A DNA stretch of 64,000 nucleotides from Octopus vulgaris. Its lineage: Eukaryota. Positions 28,056 through 41,679 of this stretch are shown piece after piece. The stretch is taken from contig OX597820.1 in the NCBI GenBank assembly GCA_951406725.2, positions 81,902,001 to 81,966,000 on the forward strand. The letters are read 5' to 3'. Made by a program: the position numbers and the translations under genes. Numbering within the stretch: position 1 is the stretch's first letter; each line of letters starts with the position of its first letter. The notes beneath the pieces are model-generated. The model was not told where the DNA came from and did not search any database. It worked only from the letters and a program-made list of their open reading frames with translations.

Positions 28056-28067
28056 CCTTCTTTATAT

Positions 28068-28133
<66 letters not shown>

Positions 28134-28230
28134 GTATGTATATGCATATATGTGTATATATATATATATACATACATATAAATACATGCATGCATGCATG
28201 CATACATACATACATACATACATACATACA

Positions 28231-28264
<34 letters not shown>

Positions 28265-28751
28265 CATGTGTGTGTGTGTGTGTGTGTTTTGCAAATAAGT
28301 ATATATATACATATGTAAAGGCTAAGCGAGTGTGAGAGTGTAACTAAAGACGCTGTCTGCGGAGAATATTTGAAAAAATCCTGCAGTAATTGTTCCAGTT
28401 GTAAGAATATAAATAAATTTAACTTAATTTAATCCATTCATTTACTGCAAATCGGTTTGCAGTCATGCTTGACATCGCCTTCATCGGTTCCGCCGAGCAT
28501 ATCAAATATCTAGCCTATTTTCTATATATAGTATTATTCCACATTATTTTATATGATATCAAAGCAAGTTGTGGAATAATAAAGAAACGTTTAATGATTG
28601 GGAATAGAATGAAAGACAGCTTGAATAAACTGTCAGAAGGAAAGTAATGTTTTGTCAGGAGAAACTTTGCTATTCACGCATGTTTACATAAATATATTGA
28701 TATATCACTAGTATATGCATACAGACACGCATGCATATGAGATAGACAGAC

Positions 28752-28842
<91 letters not shown>

Positions 28843-28845
<3 letters not shown>

Positions 28846-29390
28846 GTTTCTTTATTAGCCACACAGGGCCGAACACAGAGGGGACAAATTACAATGTAGA
28901 GCTACTCTTTTCTATTCGAAACAAAAAAAAATGTTCGATCAAAAGGGATCCTGTAAAAAAGCGATCAAAAGAGATCGTGTATCACAGAACATATCATAAA
29001 TGTAAAAAAACAGATTAGGTTTATCCGTGGAAAGAAAAGACTACGGAAAAGACAACGGTAACCTCAGGCACGGAGGGAAAAAACACATGAGAGCAAAGTG
29101 CTCTCTCTCTCTCTCTTCGATTTACAAGATCATGCTCAAGGTGGTTTCGTCATTCGCGCGTACCATCTTTGCTACATTCAACCATCTTTTCTTGAAACTT
29201 TCATGAGACTAAACTTGCCTCTCTATTCTCACTTTCCTGTGTTACTTTTAAAAGTAGATGAGCGATTGGCCAGAGAGGAAAGTGTTTGTTTCTAAACTTT
29301 CGCTCGAGTCCACCACACACATTCTTTCACCATGGCCACCAGTGCGATGAACACTGCCTATATCTTACAGCTGTTTCCGTCATGTAGATA
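28843..29390 (-). mobile_element. Probable 3' end of an L1/Tx1-like LINE abutting (GATA)n
   Basis: The minus strand ends aataaagaaact-(tatc)n. The decayed reading VAMVKECVWWTR resembles Tx1-type ORF2 C-termini (from recall only). Confidence 0.45.
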
Positions 29391-30074
29391 AGCATGTCTC
29401 ATTTAACTTATATTAGCCATTTATGGTAGGTCAATATGTAGTTATAAATGAGATATTTACAAAAAACATCCTAAGGCATCTTCGGAGATTACAAATTAGA
29501 TTACATACATACTTATATAGGTGAGGGTACATACCCATAGAATAAATAAATAAATAAATGAATAAAAATACAAATAAAAATAAAAACATAAATAAATAAA
29601 TAAGTAAATAAATAAATAAATAGAAATATATATGTATATATATATAAATATATGTATAGATAAATAGATAAATATAATAAAATACAAATTAAGATGAGTA
29701 CAAAGATAAACTTAATATATGAGGCTGCCAAACAAATACACGCAAAAAAAACCTTATATGCTCATCCGGCCGAAACAGCTGTAAGATATAGTCTATATTT
29801 ATATTTATGTGTACTTATATTTATTTTCTATTGTACGTATTCTACTTATTGTATAACATTACTATTTTATGTACACTCCTTCATGTACACTGTTTTACGC
29901 TACATTATTATGTTTAACCTTATAGTTTCTTATGTGGTGGTATAATAAAGTATGTGATTGAGTATTATCTGGTAATTGATATTTGATTTCGATGTATTTC
30001 TCCATTTTCTTATTTTGTATATATATATATATATATATACATATATATATGTATGTAGTATGTATGTATGTATA

Positions 30075-30759
30075 CGGAAAAATTCAAGGAAGAAAATGCT
30101 AAAATAATTTTATAAAAAACATTTCAGTACCGGTTTCGGTCATTGAGTCTTTTTCAACTGTAAGTATGGAAAATAATTAAATTTTGGAAAAATTAAATGC
30201 AAAGTTTTTAAAAAGAATATTTGCATAGTATTCAAATACAAGGGACATTTTCCTTGTTTCTGCCTTTTCTGTCTCTCTTGTTTACTCTTGTAGGTTCGAG
30301 GTCGTTGTGAATTCTTGGCAGAGAAGAAGAAGAAGAAGAAGAAGAAGAAGAAGAAGAAGAAGAAGAAGAAGAAGAAGAAGAAGAAGAAGAAGAAGAAGAA
30401 GAAGAAGAAGAAAATAATGTCGGAGTGTTATGATAGTAGTAGGATCTTAAATGGTGAAGTTCCCTGAAAGTGAATTGTTGTGGATGATAGTAGTGACCGA
30501 ATTCTGGGATACTTGGAATTTTGTTATTGGTGCAGAATTCACAACGACCTCGAGCCCACAAGAGTAAACAAGAGAGACAGAAACAGGCAGAAACAAGGAA
30601 AATGCCCCTTGTATTTGAATACTATGCAAATATTCTTTTAAAACACTTTGCATTTACTTTTTCAAAAATTTAATTATTTTCCATACTTACAGTTGAAAAA
30701 GTCTCAATGACTGAAACCGGTACTGAAATGTTTTTTATAAAATCATTTTAGCATTTTCG
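30075..30759. mobile_element. Fold-back PLE-terminus remnant (another family) with HHR-like motifs
   Basis: Inverted repeats ~30091-30316 / 30534-30759. The arms carry cag-TTGAAAA-agtc(tcaat)gact-GAAACCGGTA-ctg (30690-30725) and its inverse (30125-30160). Confidence 0.65.
30321..30412 (+). repeat. (GAA)n microsatellite
   Basis: Seen directly. Confidence 0.95.
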
Positions 30760-31032
30760 ACGTCTGAACAGGTGCACAGTGTACCACGTGTCATGTGCCG
30801 AACAACGTGAGATGAAGTGTTTTACTCAAGAACACAACGCACAAAACACAAAGCATGCACATAACCATTTCATGTTCTACCTGAGGAAGGACTGACGTCT
30901 GAAATAGTAAGCAACTCCCTTTTCCTTCTAAGCGCTAAACACCCGGTCTAGGAATTGAAATCATGATCACTTGATCATGAGTGCAACACCCTAACCACTG
31001 AGCCATGCGCCCTCACACACACGTAACCACAT

Positions 31033-31619
31033 GTGAATCGTTGGCGATTTTCTTCCTCCGCCTTCCTTTCTATTGGACTTTCCTCTGTTTCTGAAGAAGA
31101 GTGTTGCTCGAAACGTTAAACCATCTTTCTTTCCTTCCCTGATCGTCTCTCTTTTACTCTCTTTTACTTGTTTCAGTCATTTGACTGCGGCCATGCTGGA
31201 GCACCGCCTTTAATCGAGAAGTCAACCAGGGACTTATTCTTTTGTAAGCCCAGTACTTATTCTATCGGTCTCTTTTGCCGAACCGCTAAGTAACGGGGAC
31301 ATAAACACACCAGCATCGGTTGTCAAGCAATGCTAGGAGGACAAAAACAGACACACAAACACACACATATATATATATACATATATACGACGGGCTTCTT
31401 TCAGTTTCCGTCTACCAAATCCACTCACAACGCTTTGGTCGGCCCGAGGCTATAGTAGAAGACACTTGCCCAAGATGCCACGCAGTGAGACTGAACCCGG
31501 AACCATGTGGTTGGTAAACAAGCTACTTACCACACAGCCACTCCTGCGCCTAATACTTTACATGTACCGCGTCCTCGCGTTGTTGTTTTTTGTGTTTGTT
31601 GTTCTTCTATTTTGAGATT

Positions 31620-31623
<4 letters not shown>
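31033..31623 (+). mobile_element. Short PLE-terminus element (family E) with HHR at 31087-31121, interrupted by SINE A
   Basis: gttt-CTGAAGA-agagt(gtt)gctc-GAAACGTT-aaac. The flanks match the reverse complement of 53883-54095. Confidence 0.7.
31148..31550 (-). mobile_element. SINE family A, full length
   Basis: Reverse complement of the 17755-18163 type, including the head ggcgcaggagtggctgtgtggtaag. Confidence 0.85.
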
Positions 31624-31654
<31 letters not shown>

Positions 31655-31737
31655 GGTCCCGGGTTGATTCGGGGTTAACCACAGTAAGTAAGGTACTCAA
31701 TACATAGCAGAGTAAAATTAATTTATTATATAGAAGG

Positions 31738-31788
31738 AGCTTCTACAGGACTAGTACTGTTTCATTCAAGAGAAATCTTCAGGAAGCT
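31738..31788 (-). ncRNA. Minimal type I hammerhead ribozyme
   Basis: Reverse complement of agcttcCTGAAGAtttctcttgaatGAAACagtactagtcctGTAgaagct. Loop III contains the palindrome actagt. Confidence 0.85.
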
Positions 31789-32188
31789 ATTTAACAAGAA
31801 TTGTATTAGCATTTATACATTTAGGCAGGTTTAAAGGAGTGGTGGTGGGGGACTTTTTGGGGGTAGGCATAGCGCAAAATATCATACTTGGGGGAGTGGT
31901 CAAGGAGTCAGTGGTAAGTTAGATGAAAGAATAGATAAATAAAAAAAAAAAATAAATAAAAAATAAAAAAAAAAAAAAAAAATAAAAACAAAAATAAAAA
32001 AATAAAAAAATAAAAAATATAAAAAATATATATAAAAATATATATATAAAATATATATATAAAAAAATATATATATAAAAAAAGGGGGATAGAGTTATAG
32101 GTAAATAAGGAGATTCTCACTTATACCTATACACACATGTATACGTATCTACACACACATACATACATACACATATATATACACACAC

Positions 32189-32233
<45 letters not shown>

Positions 32234-33106
32234 CATATGTACACACATACATACATATCTACATACACACATACATACACCCGCCCACATATACAAATTT
32301 ATACACATGCACATGCCTATACCTGTCTACACATACACACACGTATATATGCATACACTCACTCCCATGCATGCACGCATACACACATGTATATATATAT
32401 ATATATACCCACGACCACACATACATATATACACATAAAAATATATATTCATACGCACATACACTCATGCACACACAACACACCTAGTTCCCTATATACA
32501 CATATTTACACCTATATATACATACACCCACATACACCTATGTACACATATATATATATATAAACATATACACGCATACATATATATACATGTGTGCACA
32601 TACATACATACACACATATATACATACACATACACATACACATGTGTACCTATACATACCTACACATACACACATACATACATACAAGTATACATATACA
32701 TATATATATATACAATCCAATACAGGCCCATTCCCTAATTTTAATTTTATTATCTTCATTTATTACTTTTGTTATCTTTGATCGCTAGGGCTAAGAATCC
32801 TGGCAATGGCTGCATGTCCATTTGTCTGTCTACTAGAAGGCAAGTACTCATTCCCGCACGCACACTCATTAGCACGTACATTCACCCATTCGTACACTCA
32901 TACACATACACGTACGCACGCGTTATATTCATACATACAAACATCTACATACGTTCACGTATATACACATACGTACTCGTACCTACAGATTCGTGTCTAC
33001 ACTTTAGGAGGCTAGTCTATACATATACACCAATAAATATACATATATATATATATACCCGCACATACATACACACACACACATATATACTCCTACATAC
33101 AGATAC

Positions 33107-33194
<88 letters not shown>

Positions 33195-33336
33195 TACACA
33201 TATATATACATACACAAACATATATACACACATATATATACATACACACATACACACATACATACGTATACATACATACATACATCCATACATCCATACT
33301 TACATGCATTTATACGCATACACACACCCATCTATA

Positions 33337-33373
<37 letters not shown>

Positions 33374-33647
33374 TCACACATACATATACAAATCTACGCA
33401 CACACATACATACATACACGTATACGTATACACGCACATACACATATACATGCGTACCCATACACGTGCACACACGCACGCGCATCCATATATATACACA
33501 CACACACATATATATACACGTGTGCAAGCATACATACATACTCATACGCGCACACATACTTACAAATACATATATGCACACACTTACACACATATATATA
33601 CATACACATATACATGCATACATACATATATGCATACACACACACAC

Positions 33648-33713
<66 letters not shown>

Positions 33714-33736
33714 CACATACATACACATACACATAC

Positions 33737-33783
<47 letters not shown>

Positions 33784-33965
33784 TACATATACATACATAT
33801 ATATACACACACACATACATATATACATATACACTGATACACATACCCATACATACACATGCATATACTTATATCACTACATACTCACATATATAAACAT
33901 ATATACATATACACACATACATATATACATGTACATACACATACGTATGCATATATATATATATA

Positions 33966-34011
<46 letters not shown>

Positions 34012-34260
34012 TATACACATATACATGTATACATACATAAAATGATACACATATATACACATACACACACACAGACAGATGCATATACATACATATATAT
34101 ATATAAACTACATATCTATATAAATACATACATAATACACATATACACACACATATATATATACATTCATGCATATACATATACAAGTATACATACACAT
34201 ACATACACACACACACACATACATATACACACACATATACAAATACATACATACACACAT

Positions 34261-34295
<35 letters not shown>

Positions 34296-34942
34296 CATAC
34301 ATACATGTACACATATACATATGTATATATATATCAACAAGGGAGGGTAAAGTTAATTAGTTATTAATCAATTTCATCAAGTGTTCAGTATGTAAAGGGA
34401 CCATTATTATTTTGAGTAAACAATGTTAGAGGGAAAAAAATTCTCTAAGTAGTGGAAGAGGCTAAAAAACTATATTACTGCTATTTCTAGAAAGTTTAGT
34501 ATGTGGCAAAGTAATTTATTTTATTTTCCTAAGCCCTAATTATATAATATTTTATACATACATACACATACATAAGCACATACATTTACACATACATATG
34601 CATATACATATATACACATATACATACAAACACATATACACATATACACACACACACACATACAAGCACATACATATATATATATATATACACATATATA
34701 TATATATGCAAATATATATACATATATATTTTTATTTTTACATGCATACATACACACACACACACATAATACATGCGTATATTCCTACTGTACCCCTGCA
34801 TTTCTATACATATATACATACATACATACGATACACATATACAAGCGTGCACATATAATATGTGAAAGGTCTTAGGAGAAAAGGTAATCGGGGGTGCTAG
34901 GGGAACAGTGGGGTTGGGGGGGGGTTGTAGGGGGGGTTGTCA

Positions 34943-35431
34943 TCAATCAGGTTGCCGGGTAGGTCTATAGTTCTTGTAGTTCGCATACTTCTTATGCATG
35001 CAATTTGGGGAGTGTTCTGAAAATTTGTTAAGGAGAGGGCCTTTGGCGAACAAGATCTCTAGGCTCTCTGATATGCATAGGTCACAGCAGGTATGTCCTC
35101 CTGTGTACGAGCGCGCCTTCTGTAGTAGTTTCCACTTGGTCTTGAAGGGGATTGAGTTCCTTTTAAGGTACCAGATGTGGGCGGCGAGGGTAGTTTGGTT
35201 GGATTTATCCTGTCGCCGGAACGAGTGTGTATGTGCATACCAGCGGGTCTTAAAGCTGTTTGACGTCATTCCAATGTAGGATTTACTTTTATCGTCAAGG
35301 CCTGATCTTACCTCGCATTTATATACTAGGTCCCTCTGTAGGCAGTTGTTGTTGAGGGGGCAGGTGGTTTTATCATGGCAGTTGCAATTGCTATCGGACG
35401 TTGGATGGGCCCCGGAGAAAGTAGATATGTT
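34943..35431 (-). pseudogene. C-terminal GIY-YIG endonuclease fragment of a PLE (Nematis-like Cys pattern)
   Basis: CNC..CPL..CL..LVYKC..SYIGMT..FKTRW..H..HIW..CDLC..E..LLNK..CMH, uninterrupted to the stop. The first residues of the listed ORF come from the inverted arm and are not genuine. The clade assignment is from recall. Confidence 0.85.
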
Positions 35432-36417
35432 AAGTATGCGAACTACAAGAACTATAGACCTACCCGGCAACCTGATTGATGACAACCCCCCCTACAACCC
35501 CCCCCAACCCCACTGTTCCCCTAGCACCCCCGATTACCTTTTCTCCTAAGACCTTTCACATATTATATGTGCACGCTTGTATATGTGTATCGTATGTATG
35601 TATGTATATATGTATAGAAATGCAGGGGTACAGTAGGAATATACGCATGTATTATGTGTGTGTGTGTGTATGTATGCATGTAAAAATAAAAATATATATG
35701 TATATATATTTGCATATATATATATATGTGTATATATATATATATATATATGTATGTGCTTGTATGTGTGTGTGTGTGTATATGTGTATATGTGTTTGTA
35801 TGTATATGTGTATATATGTATATGCATATGTATGTGTAAATGTATGTGCTTATGTATGTGTATGTATGTATAAAATATTATATAATTAGGGCTTAGGAAA
35901 ATAAAATAAATTACTTTGCCACATACTAAACTTTCTAGAAATAGCAGCCAATATAGTTTTTTAGCCTCTTCCACTACTTAGAGAATTTTTTCCCTCTAAC
36001 ATTGTTTACTCAAAATAATAATGGTCCCTTTACATACTGAACACTTGATGAAATTGATTAATAACTAATTAACTTTACCCTCCCTTGTTGATATATATAT
36101 ACATATGTATATGTGTACATGTATTATGTATATATATATATATATATGTGTGTGTGTATGTGTGTATGTATGTATTTGTATATGTGTGTGTGTATATGTA
36201 TGTGTGCGCGTGTGTGTGTATGTATGTGTATGTATACTTGTATATGTATATGCATGAATGTATATATATGTGTGTGTGTATATGTGTATTATGTATGTAT
36301 TTATATAGATATGTAGTTTATATATATATATGTATGTATATGCATCTGTCTGTGTGTGTGTATGTGTATATATGTGTATCATTTTTGCGTATGTATACAT
36401 GTATATGTGTATATGTA

Positions 36418-36468
<51 letters not shown>

Positions 36469-36669
36469 ATATATATGTATATATATATATATGCATACGT
36501 ATGTGTATGTACATGTATATATGTATGTGTGTATATGTATATATGTTTATATATGTGAGTATGTAGTGATATAAGTATATGCATGTGTATGTATGGGTAT
36601 GTGTATCAGTGTATATGTATATATGTATGTGTGTGTGTATGTATATGTATGTATATGTGTATATATGTA

Positions 36670-36704
<35 letters not shown>

Positions 36705-36759
36705 GTGTATATGTGTGTATGTATGTGTATGTGTATGTATGTGTATATATATCTATATA

Positions 36760-36819
<60 letters not shown>

Positions 36820-37311
36820 TGCGTGTGTGTATGTATGCATATATGTATGTATGCATGTATATGTGTATGTATATATATGTGTGTAAGTGTGTGCATATAT
36901 GTATTTGTAAGTATGTGTGCGCGTATGAGTATGTATGTATGCTTGCACACGTGTATATATATGTGTGTGTGTGTATATATATGGATGCGCGTGCGTGTGT
37001 GCACGTGTATGGGTACGCATGTATATGTGTATGTGCGTGTATGCGTATACGTGTATGTATGTATGTGTGTGCGTAGATTTGTATATGTATGTGTGAGTGT
37101 GTATATATATATATATATATATATACATATATATAGATGGGTGTGTGTATGCGTATAAATGCATGTAAGTATGGATGTATGGATGTATGTATGTATGTAT
37201 ACGTATGTATGTGTGTATGTGTGTATGTATATATATATGTGTGTATATATGTTTGTGTATGTATATATATGTGTATGTATGTGTGTGTATATGTATGTGT
37301 GTATGTGTATG

Positions 37312-37361
<50 letters not shown>

Positions 37362-38235
37362 TATGTATCTGTATGTAGGAGTATATATGTGTGTGTGTGT
37401 ATGTATGTGCGTATATATATATATATATATATGTATATTTATTGGTGTATATGTATAGACTAGCCTCCTAAAGTGTAGACACGAATCTGTAGGTACGAGT
37501 ACGTATGTGTATATACGTGAACGTATGTAGATGTTTGTATGTATGAATATAACGCGTGCGTACGTGTATGTGTATGAGTGTACGAATGGGTGAATGTACG
37601 TGCTAATGAGTGTGCGTGCGGGAATGAGTACTTGCCTTCTAGTAGACAGACAAATGGACATGCAGCCATTGCCAGGATTCTTAGCCCTAGCGATCAAAGA
37701 TAACAAAAGTAATAAATGAAGATAATAAAATTAAAATTAGGGAATGGGCCTGTATTGGATTGTATATATATATATGTATATGTATACTTGTATGTATGTA
37801 TGTGTGTATGTGTAGGTATGTATAGGTACACATGTGTATGTGTATGTGTATGTATATATGTGTGTATGTATGTATGTGCACACATGTATATATATGTATG
37901 CGTGTATATGTTTATATATATATATATGTGTACATAGGTGTATGTGGGTGTATGTATATATAGGTGTAAATATGTGTATATAGGGAACTAGGTGTGTTGT
38001 GTGTGCATGAGTGTATGTGCGTATGAATATATATTTTTATGTGTATATATGTATGTGTGGTCGTGGGTATATATATATATATATATACATGTGTGTATGC
38101 GTGCATGCATGGGAGTGAGTGTATGCATATATACGTGTGTGTATGTGTAGACAGGTATAGGCATGTGCATGTGTATAAATTTGTATATGTGGGCGGGTGT
38201 ATGTATGTGTGTATGTAGATATGTATGTGTGTGTG

Positions 38236-38286
<51 letters not shown>

Positions 38287-38655
38287 GTGTGTGTATATAT
38301 ATGTGTATGTATGTGTGTGTAGATACGTATACATGTGTGTATAGGTATAAGTGAGAATCTCCTTATTTACCTATAACTCTATCCCCCTTTTTTTATATAT
38401 ATATTTTTTTATATATATATTTTATATATATATTTTTTTATATATATTTTTTATATTTTTTATTTTTTTTTTATCTTTTTATTTTTTATTTTTTTATTTT
38501 TTTATTTATCTATTCTTTCATCTAACTTACCACTGACTCCTTGACCACTCCCCCAAGTATGATATTTTGCGCTATGCCTACCCCCAAAAAGTCCCCCACC
38601 ACCACTCCTTTAAACCTGCCTAAATGTATAAATGCTAATACAATTCTTGTTAAAT

Positions 38656-38706
38656 AGCTTCCTGAAGATTTCTCTTGAATGAAACAGTACTAGTCCTGTA
38701 GAAGCT
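38656..38706 (+). ncRNA. Minimal type I hammerhead ribozyme (inverted arm)
   Basis: Inverse of 31738-31788. Confidence 0.85.
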
Positions 38707-38723
38707 CCTTCTATATAATAAAT

Positions 38724-38853
<130 letters not shown>

Positions 38854-38879
38854 AGTATATATATATATATATATTGCAA

Positions 38880-41679
38880 ATTTAAAAACACTTAAAATAC
38901 ATCAAATATTAAGGAAAGTACAAAGTACGATGATAAGGTGTTAGTTTAACGCTTAAAAAGAGAATGGAGTAGCTTACTGTTTCAGACCGTCTGCCTTTCC
39001 TCAGGTAGAAAATGAAATGCTTATGTGCATGCTTTGTGGTCGGTGTGTATGTGTGTAGATATGTGTAAGTGTGAAAACTTACGCGTGTTTGGTGCGTCTT
39101 GTGTTATCATGTACGTAAGGCTGTGCGAGTGTGTGTATACGCGTGTATAAATAAATGTAACGACGTTGTTGTAGGATGTTATATGGAGGCTGGAAGTTTG
39201 TACAATATTTGTGTGTGTGTGTATAATTAGAAATCATATGTGTAACGGAAGTGCAGGATTGTTGCCCAGAGTTAATGGGCGTGCTTATACTGGAAAAGTC
39301 GGCATAAAAGTTTATTTTTGTGTACAGATGCGCGCATGTACAAAATGAAAGGGAAGAAAAACAAGAGAAATAATAGGAGGAAAAATCGCGGCCGTAAACG
39401 TGAAATATACTACGAACGAAAGTGTTTATAGGCCGAAACAGCATGCGAGCTGGAGTGATAAAAAAACGGTTGACTCCAGAAAAGGTAAACACAATCGTGC
39501 TTTTTTTTCTATTTGACAGCTTCAACAAAAGAAGTAGCTGAAGAATGTATGCGTGTATTTGTGTGTCGGCAGTGGTAAGTAGAGAGTGGAAAGAAGTAAG
39601 TGAATCAACGGGGAAATCTAATTACTTTTTATATCGAAGAGTAAATTTGAGTGTATGTGCGTGTGTGTGTGTTTGTGCGGGTGTCAAAGTGCGAGACATG
39701 GCCAGTGAATGGAGGTGTGTATAAGTGACAGGCGTGTCTCTGTGTGTAAAGTAAGAACAGAACTGGTCTGTGAAGGGAGGTTCCTGAGTATGTAGAGTGT
39801 GAGTGTGTGTTCATGTTGAGTGTGATTGCGTGGAGTAGATGTGGAGTGAGAAGTAGGGGTGTGATAAGAGACGTATGAAAGAGGAAGGGAGGAGAGTAAA
39901 AAGGCGCTGGTGTGTATTTATTGAACGGATTGTAAGGATACCAGTGTGGAAGTTAAGGCTAGATAAATTGAAGGTAAGAATTTAATTAAAATCTTGCAAC
40001 TTTATTGAAATAAAGAGAGTTCTGGAAGCGAGAAATTAAAAATATGTCGTGGATGTCTAACTGAAGACCGAGATGAGTTGGGTTGAGTGATCGATGGGGC
40101 GGAAATGTCGAGCACAGATGAGCTTTTGTCAAGTCAGATATCTGTGAGGTGCTCTGTAAACTTGTCGGGCAGTTGGCAGCCAATATCCTCGTTATAATTT
40201 GAATCGCGCATGAAACTCGCGGAAATATAGATAAGAGAGGTAGGATGCAATGGAAAGAGCCCCTAATGTAGAAGGTACGCTGGTTTGTCCGGTGAGAGCA
40301 CCGCTATTTCCATTGGGATTGCCAAATCACAAGACTTCAGCCTTTCATTACGTTGTCAATTTCAAACGCTGGAGGAATCGCAGCTATTTCTAACTTCGGG
40401 TGACTGCCATTGACAAGGCCTAAGAAGGTAGTCCAGGCGGCGATTGCAAACGATTATCTCCCGCAAGAATCATAAACACGAGTGCTTGTATGCATCACAA
40501 GTCCATACGAGACGTTTTCTCATGGTAATTATCACAGTATTTACTTATAAGTGGCGGATGACTATTATCTTTTGGTATTAATTCTGTCGCTATTAATTAT
40601 TTACTTCTGTGGCTATTCATTATTTAGAATAAAATTTTTCGTACACGCATTGTGCGCAAGATGTGTACTGTTGCTTTCAACAGGAATAGTGAGAAAAGAA
40701 ACAGAAGCATGGTTTATATGTGTGTTTATATATTTATATGTGTGTATATATATGTATGCAAGCACACACTTTATAATTGAAAGATTGATGGAAAAAAAAT
40801 TGGTGTGGGTGTATGTGAATCCACGGGCACACACATACACACATTGACGCACGCCTGCAATACAGCCAACCTCATATGCATGTATGTATGTATGTATGTA
40901 TTTATGTATGTATGTATGTATGTGTGTGTGTATGTGTGTGTGTATGTGTGTGTGTATGTATGTATGTGTGTATGTGTGTAAGTGTGTGTGTGTGTGTGTA
41001 TATGTATGTATGTATGTATCATGTATGTGTGTGTGTGTATGTATGTGTATGTATGTATGTGTACATGCGTGTATGTGTGTATGTGTGTATGTATGTATGT
41101 ATGTATCTATGTATGTATGTATGTGTGTATGTATGTGCGTGTGTGTATGTATGTGTGTATGTGTGTATGTGTGTATGTGTATGTGCATGTGTGTATGTAA
41201 GTATGTGTGTATGTATGTGTGTATGTATGTATGTGTGTGTATGTGTGTATGTGTGTGTGTATGTGTGTGTGTGTATGTATGTATGAATGTACGTATGTAT
41301 GTGTGTGTACGTATGTATGTGTGTGTGTGAATGTATGCGTGTGTGTGAGATTTTTTCTGGAGTTGTGTGGGCGTAATGTACATGCGCGTGTATGTGTGTG
41401 TGTGTCTCTGCTAGGTGTTTATAAGAGTGTGCGTATCTGTATGAGTATTGTTTGCTGGTGTGTGTGCACGGGCATGTGTGTGTTTGTGTGCGCGTAGGAG
41501 TGTGTGGGGGTGGGGGGGTGTATAGGTGTGGAAGTATGTGTGCGTACAAGTGCATGGAGGTTGTATGTGTGTGGTGTGTTGGAAGTAGGTGTGTTCGTGA
41601 GTATGTGTGTGTGTGTAACTGTATAAGGACAAAATATAAAAAAAAAAGTTGCTAGTGGGGGAGAGGTGGAGCGCAGCCA
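38880..41679 (-). mobile_element. Probable long 3' region/pLTR of the Neptune-like PLE with an HHR-like motif at ~38972-39010
   Basis: Microsatellite-rich sequence downstream of the stop ends near ctac-CTGAGGA-aaggc(agacg)gtct-GAAACAgtaag and then (TA)n. A homologous fragment lies at 30846-30942. Continuity across the interval is inferred. Confidence 0.45.

Larger units (their letters stand above)
25762..28061 (-). mobile_element. Medium fold-back copy of PLE family N (non-coding)
   Basis: The left arm starts with the family terminus and tail. The right arm (~27057-28061) is inverted and stops just past the HHR. Both ends lie in (TA)n. Confidence 0.85.

Noticed and set aside
35432-35485. N-terminal MSSIRLPGRSIVLVVRIL of the 180-aa GIY-YIG ORF as a real start
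   Set aside because: It derives from the inverted arm, so the ORF is a truncated PLE fragment rather than a stand-alone homing endonuclease.
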